A DNA stretch of 64,000 nucleotides from Squalus acanthias (taxonomy: Eukaryota): positions 3,968,001-4,032,000 of the forward strand of contig CM059432.1 in assembly GCA_030390025.1 (NCBI GenBank), read 5' to 3'. A program made the position numbers and the translations under genes. Shown piece by piece: positions 1-11,376 of this stretch (its first letter is position 1; the number at the start of each line of letters is the position of its first letter). The notes below the pieces were generated by a model. That model searched no databases and had not been told where the DNA came from. It saw only the letters and a list, made by a program, of their open reading frames with translations.

Positions 1-227
1 GCACAACTGTCAAGATCAATTTGCGCGTGATCCTTTTAAGGAAACCGGCTGATGACGTGTCTTCAAATGACGTCATCAGATCTGCTTCCTTCAATTGGCT
101 GGGAACCTCGCTGGGCGGGCTTAACAATCCCGATCAAGGGAAAATCATTTAGGACAGCGGGATAGAGCCAGCAGTGGGGTCAGGACCCGCCACGGACCCG
201 CCGAGGTAGGGGAAATCGCGGCCACCA

Positions 228-341
228 TTTCAGGTCGACGGTACTGATGAAAGGTCATCGACCTGAAACGTTAACTCTGTTTCACTCTCCACAAGATGCT
301 GCCTGACCTGCTGAGTGTCTCCAGCATTATCTGTTTTAGTT
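228..341 (+). mobile_element. Penelope-like element terminal (pLTR) fragment with short inverted 5' piece
   Basis: ctgatgaaaggtcatcgacctgaaacgttaactctg...cagatgctgcctgacctgctgagt, same family as 15017-15283 and 39089-39185; tttcaggtcga (228-238) is the reverse complement of tcgacctgaaa (258-268). Confidence 0.7.
244..276 (+). ncRNA. Minimal type I hammerhead ribozyme motif
   Basis: CUGAUGA-A-[AGGUC AUC GACCU]-GAAA-CG-UU; core intact, but the 5' strand of stem I is not complementary in this copy. Confidence 0.65.
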
Positions 342-622
342 TTGGATAATGCCCTTGCCCATCTAACCAATCCGGGCACAGCTTTAGACCAAAGACAGCT
401 TTGTGCTGCATATTTACTGTTGCGGTATGGTGATCTCATGGACTTCCTGAGATTCTCTTTTCATTTTCCCAGGCATGCTATCTAACTTACCTAAAACTCA
501 GAGCGAGGGAAGATTGCCCTTAAGGCCTTAGGGAGCTGGGGCTCACCTATGGGAGTGGTGGCAGAGTGGTTATGTTACTGGACTAGTAATCCTGAGGCCT
601 GGACTAATGATCTGAAGATTTT

Positions 623-3600
623 GGGCTGAATTCTAATTGCCAAGGCGGGTTGGAGTTGGGTTGTGTGGTGGGCGGGTTCCGGAGCCGCTTCCGGCGGGAT
701 CAGCTGCTGATGTCCGATTTTGATTCAATGAGCTTGTTAGTTTCAATGGGGCGCGCTGGCCGGTCCAATGAGTGCGATCGTATCGGCTGGCCGCCTCTGA
801 TGATGTCATCATAGCTGCTGCTTTTAAAGCTGCCATCCAGCCTGAGCCTTTCTCTTGTGGATTCCTGGACTCATTGATATTGATTTATACGCAATGACTT
901 CTTCCAGAGGCAAGTCAGCTCCTCGTTTTAATGATGAGTCCCTCCAAGTTCTTGTGGATGCTGTCAGAGGGCGCAGGGAGATTCTCCTCCCTCCTGATGG
1001 CCGGAGGAAGCCTCCTCAGCAGATCAAGGCAGCCTGGCTGCGCATTGCTCAGGAGGTGAGCGCAAGGTGCATTTATGCACGCTCATGGATCCAGTGCCGC
1101 AAAAGATTTAATGATCTTGTGCGAACATCAAAAGTGAGTATCCCATCACACTTGCCTTCACTCTGCTTCCCTTCTCTTCTCATCACCAGCACTCTACATT
1201 GTAAGCCTCTCCTTCCCATCCCACCTTACCCTTACTTCCCTTGCACCCTTTCCTATCCATCTCTGTGTCTGCACTGAATCACTTCAGCATCCTGCCTATA
1301 CACCCCTTAGACTCGCTCTCACTGTCATGCAGTGACAACAACCAACAACGCACAGGGAGCTACCTTCCTCTTGGCACCTTACCCCATCTTCATCTCACTC
1401 AAAGCTTCTATGGAAGGGATTAATCACACTCACTCCATCACTGTGGCTGAAACACCGCTTGTGTCCCTCCTTGCAGGAAATGATAGCCCACAATAAGAGG
1501 GAGAGAGCACTGACTGGAGGAGGAACAGTTTCCCTCGCAACATTGACCACTGCTGAGGAGGCTGCATACGAGATTGTTGGAGGTGGCGAGGACCTGGAAG
1601 TGGGCGATGGAGAGGCGGGCACACTAGAGGAAGCTGGTGACATAATAGAGTTTCATCCCTCTCAGAATGCAATGGCATATGATGTCCATAGAGAATCGCA
1701 TTGCATCATCTGCTCAAAAGGATGTGTCTGCTACATCAATATCAGATGTCTAAATCATGCCTTTACTCTCCCACAAGACCATCGAGCGCCCCCCTCCCCA
1801 CGATCCAGGACGAAGAGCTGGACATCTCCTCAGAGGAACCTGAAGCCTCCGAGGGACCAGCTTCACCAGGACTCAGTGCACCCAGCACCAGCGCAGCGAC
1901 GCACACCTCGGTGGGGCCCTCGCGTGTTGCCACCTGGTCTATCACAGTGCACAAGTGAGCATCAGCAGATGGTGGAGACAGCGACAGCAGTGGAGAGTCC
2001 TCCTTGTAGGTCGCAGGACTCTCCTAGCTCTGCTGAGCTGCATGCAAATGCTGTGCCTCTGGGGCCATCCAGAAAAAGAGCCTCTCGGGAAATACAGGAA
2101 CAAGTGCAGGTGTCTCTGGAAGGGTTTGCCTCCAGGGTTAGTGCGAGTGTGGAGAGAATGGAGGAGTCCATCTCTAACATCAGCACTGCCGTGGTGGAGG
2201 TAATGGCGCATGAACGCACCACCATGGATAGGATGGCAATCTCCGTGGAAAGGCTGGCTACCTCAGTGGAAAGGACGGCTACGGCCATGGAGGAAATAAG
2301 TCGCCAGAGTCAGGAAAACATGGTGACTGTTCAAAATAGAATGTCATCTCTGGAGGTGCAATGGGCAGCTATTGAGCAGAGAGACCAGGGCTTCATGGAT
2401 GTCCTTTTGAGGAGGACTGCCAGTGCAGATACGGGTCCTCATGGTCCCCCTGATGTGCAGCAAGGTGCTCTCCAGCCACTTGCCAGCACTGAGGTGCAGC
2501 TGACCCTTGAGAGGGATGTTGTTGGCAAGACTGAAGGAAGTGTGGGCTCCTCTCAAAGCGCTCACACGACCATGCCACTGCGGAGCCCTCGGTCAGAGAC
2601 CCACTTTGCAGAGACAACTGAGGTGGCCGTTTCAGCCCCTGCACAGCCGCAGGAAGAGCAGACTGTGGAGGAGCCCTCCTAGGCTCCCAAACCCAGAGGA
2701 CGCCCGCCAAAGGCATCTAAGTAAGAGCAGCATCCTAGTCAGCAAGGTGCCTCTACATCTGCTAAAGCCACAGGGGAAGCACCACGTAGAAGCACGCGTA
2801 AGAGAAAGATTAAGCACCTATAGTCACAAGGGGAGTCACTTGGGTGATTTATCTTTTTTTCATTACTGTTATTGGTTTATTATCCTTTTGTGATGTGTAA
2901 AAGAAAAATTATGGCAAACAGTTGATTGTGTGGCCTATGTGTTATGGAAATGGCAAAAGCGCATTGAGGGCTCAGGGCGACTTGCTTTTGTAATGCTGAT
3001 GGTAAAAGTGATAGGAAATAACAGGGTATAGCAGAGATGATGTATGACATTGGACAAATGTCGCCTGCAATTACAGAGCCATATGGTAGCCACCTATGGT
3101 TGAAGAGTAAGCTTATGGTAGTGTGGCATGGCAGTGTGCATACCCTGGTTGACGGGCAGCAGTGAACTGGAGGGATGCTGCATTGGTCACAACAGGGCAT
3201 GCAAGGCTCCCCTCGTCCTCCTCGTACTCCTCTTCCCAGTAAGATCTGCACTGAGCCACGCGGCTGCTCCTCCTCCGATTATGAGGACCAGGATGAGAGG
3301 GCATAAATGTTTCCCATCCCCTTGCTATAGATTTCATTTGAGGCAACAATCTTGCAAGCGCACAGTCGAAGTGGCCTGAAATAATTCCATTCATGACACA
3401 CTGCAGATGGATGTCAGCTTTAACAGTCACAAGGTCAGTAGATGTGCAAAATCTTATCCCATACCTACAACAGCAAAGTTGTTGCACTTGAATGTTAATC
3501 ATGTTTCAGGGGCGCTTTTAAAGTGCTCCACCAATGCATACAAATCATGTCCTCCAGCAACTCGTCTCCTTGAACCTGGCCTTTTTCTGACTAGTTGGGA

Positions 3601-3839
3601 AACAGGAGCCAGAGGCATGAAAATGGGAAACCACGATGAAAATAGGATTAGCAAGGCAGTTAACAGGCTCTTAACTGCCTTAACTACCTGTCCCACTGGT
3701 TGGAGCAGCTAAACAGACACTCAGAAAATTCGGGTAGGGGCTGGATGGAGGCGGGTTGGGTGTCTGAAACCAGTTTTTCCGATTTTCGCTGCCAACCCGC
3801 CTCCAAACCCGCCTCCTCAGGGCTATTAAAATCGAGCCC
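623..3839 (+). mobile_element. PIF/Harbinger-type DNA transposon, non-autonomous (Myb gene only)
   Basis: Termini gggctgaattctaat / attaaaatcgagccc; interrupts a SINE between its A and B boxes; flanks TTT/TTG; encodes a Myb/SANT protein; no DDE transposase recognisable. Confidence 0.8.
894..2823 (+). pseudogene. Harbinger Myb/SANT-like DNA-binding protein, spliced and degraded
   Basis: Exon 894-1133 (APRF..LVDAV..W..IA..V..RSWIQCRKRFNDL), GTGAGT...TTGCAG intron 1134-1476, exon from 1477 (EMIAHNKRERALTGGG); later acidic region, coiled coil, AT-hook PRGRP (2692-2706) and basic tail after in-frame stops at 2680 and 2722. Confidence 0.8.
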
Positions 3840-4228
3840 TTGAGTTCAAATCCTACCACAGCACCTGGGAAATTTAGGTTTAATTAAATAAATCTGGAAT
3901 GAAAAGCTAGTATCAGTAATGGTGACCATGAAACCACTGGATTTCATAAAAACCCACCTGGTTCACTCATGTCCTTTAGTGAAGGAAATCTGCCATCCTT
4001 ACCTGGTCTGGCCTATATGTGACTCCAGACCCACAACAATGTGGTTGACTCTTAACTGCCCCTCTGAAATGGCCGAGCAAGACACTCAGGTGTACTCAAG
4101 AGGCGGCTGACCACCACCTTCTCGAGGACAATTAGGGATGGGCAATAAATGCTGGCCTTGTCAGCAACACCCACATCCCATGAATGAATAAAAGAAAGTG
4201 AGAGGAGTTTGAAGCATGTAAACTAAAA

Positions 4229-4915
4229 GGGCTGGATTTTCATTGACCCGTGGAGACGGGTTTGGAGGCGTGTGGGGGGTTAAAATTGTGAAAACTGGTG
4301 GGCGGGCACAAGTCCGCCTCCATGCAATTTTCATTAAATTGTGTCTGCTGGTCCTGACTCTGTCCCGCCTCTAAGAGGCGGGATAGGCTGTTAAGGCCCT
4401 TAACAAGCACTAAATTGCCTCTATAATGCCATTTTGAAAGACCTTTGTGATTTTAACCCTTGTTCTACGTGAAGCACGCCTGTTCTGAACCACGATTGTG
4501 AAACCTGGTGGGAGCATGGCTGGCTGGCGGGGAGCATGGCTGGCTGGCTATGCATATATGGATGGCTATGTGGATGGATGTATATATGAATGGAGAGGAG
4601 ACATATCTGGGAGTGGTGGTGTAAAAATATCTGGGAGCAGACTTAGGGCTGCTGCTGCTCATTTTGCATCCAGGTCCTCTCACAGCAAAGGCCAGGCAGT
4701 CTTTGCAGACCTTCAATGCAGCAGCAATGATGACATCATCAAAGGCGACTTTCAGACTGAAAACACTAATTGGTTCATGGGTTCCCACATGCTGGAACTC
4801 AATTGCCCAATTAGGTAAAAATTGCATCAATCTCCCACATCCAATTGCAGTCGGGTGGATAACACGAAAAGTGGATGACACGACCCCAACCCGCCCCAGT
4901 ATCAAAATCCAGCCC
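4229..4915 (-). mobile_element. Harbinger-type MITE related to 623-3839
   Basis: 12-bp TIR gggctggatttt / aaaatccagccc, TSD AAA; inverted match to ~790-830; minus strand retains MSSSSPKSAPRY, resembling the Myb start MTSSRGKSAPRF. Confidence 0.8.
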
Positions 4916-5019
4916 AAAGTATCCGAATTAAATAGAGTAAAATAAATCCCAAAATGTTAATAACTCCACTCAGATAGCAATGAGCAGCATTTTGGATGAA
5001 CACATGGGACGTATACTAG

Positions 5020-6060
5020 TAGGAACATGGGAACATGAGTCGGCTATTCAGCCTCTCGAGCCTACTCCACCATTCAATGAGATCATGGCTGTTCTGTATC
5101 TCAACTCCATCAACCGCCTTGGTTCCATAATCCTTAATGCCCTTACCTAACAAAAATCTATCAATCTCAGTTTTGACATTTTCAATTGACCCCCAGCCTG
5201 ACAGCTTTTTGGGGGGAGAGAGTTCCAGATTTCCACTACCCTTTGTGTGAAGAAGTGCTTCCTGACATCACCCCTGAACGGCCTGGCTCTGATTTTAAGG
5301 TTTTGCCCCCTTGTTCTGGACTCCCTCCACCCAGAGCAAATAGTTTCTCTCTCTCTCTCTACCCTATCAAATCCTTCGATCATTTTAAACACCTCACTTA
5401 GATCACCCCTTAATCTTCTAAACTCGGGGGAATACAATTCTTAAGTATCCCGTTGCATAATTTCAGGGCACTCATTCTGTAAATTCAGCACCATCTCTGA
5501 AAATTAGATCACAGCATGTAAAACTAGATGCTAAGCTAAAATAGTGTGCTTAATCACCTTATAATACTTGAATACATACTTGAAGGAGAGAACATTTATA
5601 GGGCTACGGGGAAAGAGCAGGGGGGAGTGGGACCAATGGGAGAGCTCTTTCAAAGAGCCGGCACAGGCACGATGGGCCGAATGGGCTCCTTCTGTGCTGT
5701 AAGAGTCTATGAAAATAGATAGGAAACAAAAAGTGTTCGAACATCTAAAAGAGAATAGGTAAGTCAATATTATGGGTGAAGATTGCCAGAATTAGAGATC
5801 ATAAGAACATAAGAAATAAGAGCAGGAGTAGTCCATTCAGCCCTTCAAGCCTTTCAACAAGATCATGGCTGATCTTCTACCTCATCTTCACCTTCCTTTA
5901 CTATCCCCATATCCCTTGGCTCCATTAGTATCCAAAAATCTATCGATCTCTGCCTTGAATATACTCAACGACTGAGCCTCCACAGCCCTCTGAGGTAGAG
6001 AATTCCAAAGATTCACCACCCTCTGAGTGAAGAAATTTCTCTTCACCTCAGTCCTCAATA
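5020..6060. mobile_element. Cluster of CR1 LINE 3' fragments (5020-5440 minus, 5570-5712 plus, 5798-6060 minus)
   Basis: RRLRGDL..FK, FFTQRVV.WNSLP and the CR1 3' stem-loop/microsatellite tails. Confidence 0.85.
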
Positions 6061-6197
6061 GCGTTCTTATGAAAAGTCCCCATGCAAAGCACTAATGCCG
6101 TTTCTCTTCATAGAGTCATAGAGTCATAGAGTTATACAGCACGGATAGAGGCCCTTCGGCCCATCGTGTCCGCGCCGGCCATCAAGCCCTGTCTAAT

Positions 6198-9117
6198 CTA
6201 ATCCCATATTCCAGCATTTGGTCCGTAGCCTTGTATGCTATGGCATTTCAAGTGCTCATCCAAATGCTTCTTGAATGTTGTGAGGGTTCCTGCCTCCACA
6301 ACCCATTCAGGCAGTGAGTTCCAGACTCCAACCACCCTCTGGGTGAAAAAGTTCTTTCTCAAATCCCTTCTAAACCTCCCGCCCTTTACCTTGAATCTAT
6401 GCCCCCTTGTTATAGACCCCTCTGCTAAGGGAAAAAGCTCCTTAGTATCCTTCCTATCTATGCCCCTCATAATTTTGTGCACCTCAATCATGTCCCCCCT
6501 CAGCCTCCTCTGCTCCAAGGAAAACAAACCCAATCTGCCCAGTCTCGCTTCATAGCTGAAGCACTCCAGCCCGGGTAACATTCTGGTGAATCTCCTCTGC
6601 ACCCTCTCCAAAGCGATCACATCCTTCCTGTAGTGTGGCGACCAGAACTGCACACAGTATTCCAGATGTGGCCTAACCAGTGTTCTATACAGCTCCATCA
6701 TAACCTCCTTGCTCTTATATTCTATGCCTCGGCTAATGAATGCAAGTATCCCATATGCCTTTTTTACCACCTTATCCACCTGTTCCGCCGCCTTCAGGGA
6801 TCTGTGTACTTGCACACCAAGATCCCTCTGACCCTCCGTCTTGCCTAGGGTCTTACCATTCATTGTGTATTCCCTTGCCTTGTTAGTCCCTCCAAAGTGC
6901 ATCACCTCGCACTTTTCCGGATTAAATTCCATTTGCCACTGTTCCGCCCATCTGACCAACCCATCTATATCGTCCTGCAGACTGAGGCTACCCTCCTCGC
7001 TATTTACCACCCTACCAATTTTTGTATCATCCGCGAACTTACTGATCATACCTTTTACATTCATATCCAAGTCGTTAATGTAGACCACAAACAGCAAGGG
7101 ACCCAGCACCGATCCCTGTGGTACCCCACTGGCCACAGGCTTCCAGTCACAAAAACAACCTTCGACCATCACCCTCTGCCTTCTGCCACTGAGCCAGTTT
7201 TGTATCCAATGTGCCAAGGCACCCTGGATTCCATGGGCTCTTACCTCCTTGACCAGTCTCCTGTGCGGGACTTTATCGAAGGCCTTACTGAAATCCATGT
7301 ATACCACATCCACTGTGTTACCCTCATCCACACACCTAGTCACTCCCTCAAAAAATTCAATCAAATTAGTCAGACATGATCTTCCCTTGACAAAGCCATG
7401 TTGGCTAACCCTGATTAATCATTGCCTCTCCAAGTGGAGACTGATTTTGTCCCTCAGAATTTTTTCCAATAATTTTCCTACCACTGATGTTAGGCTCACT
7501 GGCCTGTAGTTCCCCGGTTTTTCCTACTCCCTTTCTTGAATAATGGTACTACATTAGCGGTTCTCCAGTCCTCTGGCGCATCCACTGTGGCCAGAGAGGT
7601 TCTGAATATATGTGTTAGAGCCCCCGCAATCTCCTCCTTTGCCTCACACAGCAGCCTGGGATACATTTCGTCCGGACCTGGGGATTTATCCATTTTTAGA
7701 CCTGCTAAAACCGCCAATACCTCCTCCCTCTCGATGTTAAAATGTTCGAGTATATCACAGTCCCCCTGCCCTAATTTTATGTCTGCATCGTCCTTCTCCA
7801 TAGTGAAAACAGATGCAAAAAATTCATTTAGAACCCCACCTACATCTTCCGGCTCCACACACAGATTGCCACTTTTGTCCCTAATGGGCCCTACTTTTCC
7901 CTAGTTATCCTCTTACCCTTAATATACTTATAAAACATCTTAGGATTTACCTTTATTTTGCTCGCCAGTGTTATTTCATGGCCCCTCCTTGATCTCCTAA
8001 TTTCTTTTTTAAGTATCCCCCTGCACTTTTTGTACTCCTCTAGGGCTTCCTCCGTCTTTAGCATTTTGTATCTGCCAAAATCCCTCCTTTTTTTCCTGAT
8101 CCATTCTCGTATATCCCCTGACATCCAAGGTTCCCTGGGGTTTTTGGAACCACCCTTGACCTTTACGGGAACATGCTGCCATTGTATGATCTCAATCTCC
8201 CTTCTGAAAGAATCCCATTGCTCCAATGCGGATTTTCCTACAAGCAGCTGATCCCAGTCAATTTTGGCCAGATCCTGCCTTATTCTATTAAAATCGGCCT
8301 TCCCCCAATTTAGAACCTTTATTTCCGGCCCATCCCTGTCCTTTTCCATGACCACTTTAAATCTCACCGTATTATGGTAACTGTCACCAAAGTGCTCACC
8401 TACTAGCACTTCTTCCACTTGGCCGGCCACATTCCCTAGAATTAGGTCCAGTACCGCCCCCTCTCTTGTAGGACTTTCTACATGCTGGCTCAAAAAGCTC
8501 TCCTGGATGCACTTTAAGAATTTTGAACCCTCTAAGCCTTTCACACTCTGACTATCCCAGTTAATATTGGGGAAGTTGAAGTCCCCCATTATTATTACCC
8601 TATTATTTGCACATTTCTCTGAGATTTGCCTACATATCTGTTCCTCTATCTCCCCCTGACTATTTGGGGGCCTATAGTACGCTCCCAGCAAAGTGCTTGC
8701 CCCCTTTTTGTTTTTAAGCTCCACCCATATAGCCTCATTGGAGGAACCTGCTAATATATCATCCCTCCTTATGGCAGTAATTGATTCCTTAATTAATATT
8801 GCGACACCCCCTCCTCTTATACCTCCCCCTCTGTCTCGCCTGAAGATTCTGTACCCCGGAATATTGAGCTGCCAGTCTTGCCCCTCCCTCAACCATGTCT
8901 CCGTGATAGCAACAATATCATACTCCCATGTGTTTATCAACACCTTCAGTTCATCCACCTTATTCGCTAGACTCCTTGCATTAAAATAGATGCCTTCCAG
9001 CCTTGCTCTTACATGTTTGCCCTGTCTTCCAAGCTGACTTGTTTTTTTCTCTATATTTGACTGTACATCACCCCCTATTGTACCTCCACTCTGTATCCCA
9101 TCCCCCTGCCAAGTTAG
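6198..9117 (-). pseudogene. CR1 ORF2: APE endonuclease plus reverse transcriptase, two frameshifts
   Basis: [35 protein letters not shown]; frameshifts near 7895 and 7520. Confidence 0.92.
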
Positions 9118-10064
9118 TTTAAACCTCCCCCAACAGCGCTAGCAAACCTCCCCGCAAGGATATTTGTCCCGCTCTGGTTCAGGTGCAAACCGTCCGACTT
9201 GTACAAGTCCCACCTTCCCCAGAAGCAGGCCCAGTGATCCAGGAAACTAAAACCCTCCCTCCTGCACCAACTCTTTAGCCACGCATTCATCTGTTCTATC
9301 CTCCTATTCCTATACTCACTAGCACGTGGCACTGGGAGTAATCCAGAGATTACAACCTTTGAGGTCCTGCTCTTTAATCTGCTGCCTAGCTCCCTAAATT
9401 CTTGATGCAGGACCTCATCCTCCTTCCTACCTATGTCGTTGGTCCCAATGTGAACCACGACCTCTGCCTGCTCCCCCTCCCCCTTAAGAATGCCCTGTAG
9501 CCGCTCAGTGACATCCATGACCCTGGTCCCAGGGAGGCAACAAACCATCCTGGAGTCACGTTTACGGCCACAGAAACGCCTATCTGTTCCCCTTACGATA
9601 GAATCCCCTACCACTATTGCTCTCCCACTCTTTTTCCTCCCTTTCTGAGCAGCAGAAGCAACCCTGGTGCCAGGAAGTTGGCTGCTGCTGCACTCCCCTG
9701 GTGAGTCATCCCCCTCAACAGTATCCAAATCGGTATACCTGTTTGAAAGGGGGATAACCGCAGGGGTCCCCTGTACTTCCTTCCTGCCTCTAAAGCTCCG
9801 CCTGATGGTCACCCATTTCCCTTCTGCCTGTGCAGCCCTACCCTGCGGCATGACCAACTCGCTAAACGTGTTATCCACGACCCTCTCAGCATCGCGTATG
9901 CTCCAAAACTCATCCACCCGCAGCTCGAGCGCCGCAATGCGGTCTACAAGTAGCTGCAGCTGGATGCATTTCTCGCACACATGGTCCCCAGGGACACTGG
10001 CAGCGTCCCTAAATTCCCACATGGAGCAAGAGGAGCATAACACGGGGCTGATCTCACCTGCCAT
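9114..10064 (-). CDS. CR1 ORF1: zinc finger/leucine zipper plus SGNH/GDSL esterase-like domain
   Basis: 316 aa open; CxxC...CxxC, LQLLVDRIAALELRV, GDSIVRG, HIGTND, DGLH. Confidence 0.9.
   Translation of the reverse strand: MAGEISPVLCSSCSMWEFRDAASVPGDHVCEKCIQLQLLVDRIAALELRVDEFWSIRDAERVVDNTFSELVMPQGRAAQAEGKWVTIRRSFRGRKEVQGTPAVIPLSNRYTDLDTVEGDDSPGECSSSQLPGTRVASAAQKGRKKSGRAIVVGDSIVRGTDRRFCGRKRDSRMVCCLPGTRVMDVTERLQGILKGEGEQAEVVVHIGTNDIGRKEDEVLHQEFRELGSRLKSRTSKVVISGLLPVPRASEYRNRRIEQMNAWLKSWCRREGFSFLDHWACFWGRWDLYKSDGLHLNQSGTNILAGRFASAVGGGLN
9117..9123 (-). promoter_or_regulatory. Candidate -1 ribosomal frameshift slippery heptamer U_UUA_AAC
   Basis: GGT TTA AAC TAA at the ORF1 end; the -1 frame (CTA ACT TGG...) is open and in frame with ORF2, with no AUG before the EN domain. 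Confidence 0.65.
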
Positions 10065-10288
10065 GACCTACTCCTTTAATTAAATTAAAAATGTATTCAA
10101 TACCCCAGTTACAGATATACTCTAGGGCGCTTTATTTACCAACTGTCCCCACTACACCACAGAGACCCTAGAAATTTAACACCACAGAATTTAAGCTTAG
10201 AGAGAAATACTCACCAACCAATCACTTACCTGCTTTTTGGTGACGTCACACTTCGATTATTTTTCCCTCCGAGTTCGGAGACTGGTAC

Positions 10289-10560
10289 GCCTTACCTGGT
10301 CTCTGGAGCCTTTTATAGGCCCACTGCCACCGCTGAAACTCCCGCCGACGCTCTGAGGCCTCACCTGGTCTCTGGAGCCTTTTATAGGCCCACTGCCGCC
10401 GCTGAAACTCCCGCCGACGCGTTGAGGCCTTACCTGGTCTCTGGAGCCTTTTATAGGCCCACTGCCGCCGCTGAAACTCTCGCCGATGCTCTGAGGCCTT
10501 ACCTGGTCTCTGGAGCCTTTTATAGGCCCACTGCCGCCGCTGAAACTCCCGCCGACGCTC
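10289..10560 (-). repeat. 69-bp tandem repeat x4 forming the CR1 5' end
   Basis: Units start at 10289, 10358, 10427 and 10496 on plus; each carries TATAAAAG and CAG|GT(A/G)AG on the minus strand. Confidence 0.95.
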
Positions 10561-11216
10561 ATGGGTGTTTCTGAATTAGCTGTGTATTTTCAGCTGGTTT
10601 CTATTTTTAGATTTTCAGCATTCATGCCAAAAAAAACAGCTCGTACATATATGAAATAATTAATTATGAGGAAGCATTGAATCAATGGCTCTGTATTGGT
10701 GTTCAGATAATCCATGAAACCATTGTTTAATGACCTGTCATGTTCTTATAAGTTTTTGAATCCCGTGAGTAACTGGTTTTATTATTCATGGTTTTATAGA
10801 GGCATAGAGATCAATGAAATAGATTTGTATAAAGGCTGGAATATGCAGAGTCATCTGTGACTGCAGGGTCTGATCAAGTATTTGTTGCCCGGTCACCAGG
10901 AATTCTGGCTTCAGGTCTATATCGGATATCATAGTATTCTGGAATTGGGTGACATTAATTAATGGCATGTAATGGGCCAGCATTCGATTAGGCAACAAAA
11001 TCAGGTGACCTATGGGAACTGAACAGTTCACAGAAAAAATCCACTGGGGCTAAATCAGCAAGCTATCAATCCAAGCACTTCAAGTTAATAAGTTAGGTGT
11101 CACTCACAAAACCAAGTCCAATTGGGCCCTTGCCCCGTCCAGCCACCACTACTGCTTATCCACTGGGACAAACTCAAATCTTCTGAAGCCTTACGGCAAT
11201 ATTTCAATGTCAGAGT

Positions 11217-11283
11217 CAGCCCAGACTCCAGACAGCCCAGACTCCAGACAGCCCAGACTCCAGACAGCCCAGACTCCAGACAG
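11217..11283. repeat. 16-bp tandem repeat x4 (cagcccagactccaga)
   Basis: Direct reading; the motif recurs at ~14801-14819. Confidence 0.9.
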
Positions 11284-11376
11284 TACAGAGGCCTGAGCTG
11301 TCTGGAGGCTGTGAGTATGAAAAGAAACTTGCAAAGGATATCAAAATCTACACAATTTTTTTTTTTACAATTGTAT

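Larger units (their letters stand above)
551..4196 (+). mobile_element. tRNA-headed SINE-like element (deletion derivative of the 47589 LINE), split by a Harbinger insertion; pieces 551-622 and 3840-4196
   Basis: A box TGGCAGAGTGG 559-569, B box GTTCAAATC 3844-3852; body matches 47600-47906, then jumps at ~4095 to the LINE 3' tail (ggcaataaatgctggcc...cccacatccc). Confidence 0.85.
6109..10560 (-). mobile_element. Full-length CR1 LINE
   Basis: 5' tandem repeat UTR, intact ORF1, ORF2 with EN and RT, 3' stem-loop ggccgaagggcc and (TATGACTC)n tail. Confidence 0.95.

Noticed and set aside
1459..2682. 407-aa ORF as a stand-alone gene
   Set aside because: It reads through a probable intron and a frameshifted exon of the decayed Harbinger Myb gene, so it is not a real single-exon product.
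2900..3700. Harbinger transposase on the minus strand
   Set aside because: Only an acidic patch (EEEYEEDE); no DDE motifs visible.
10257..10562. 101-aa Gly/Ser repeat ORF
   Set aside because: Artefact of a 69-bp (23-codon) stop-free repeat; its ATG is partly supplied by flanking DNA.
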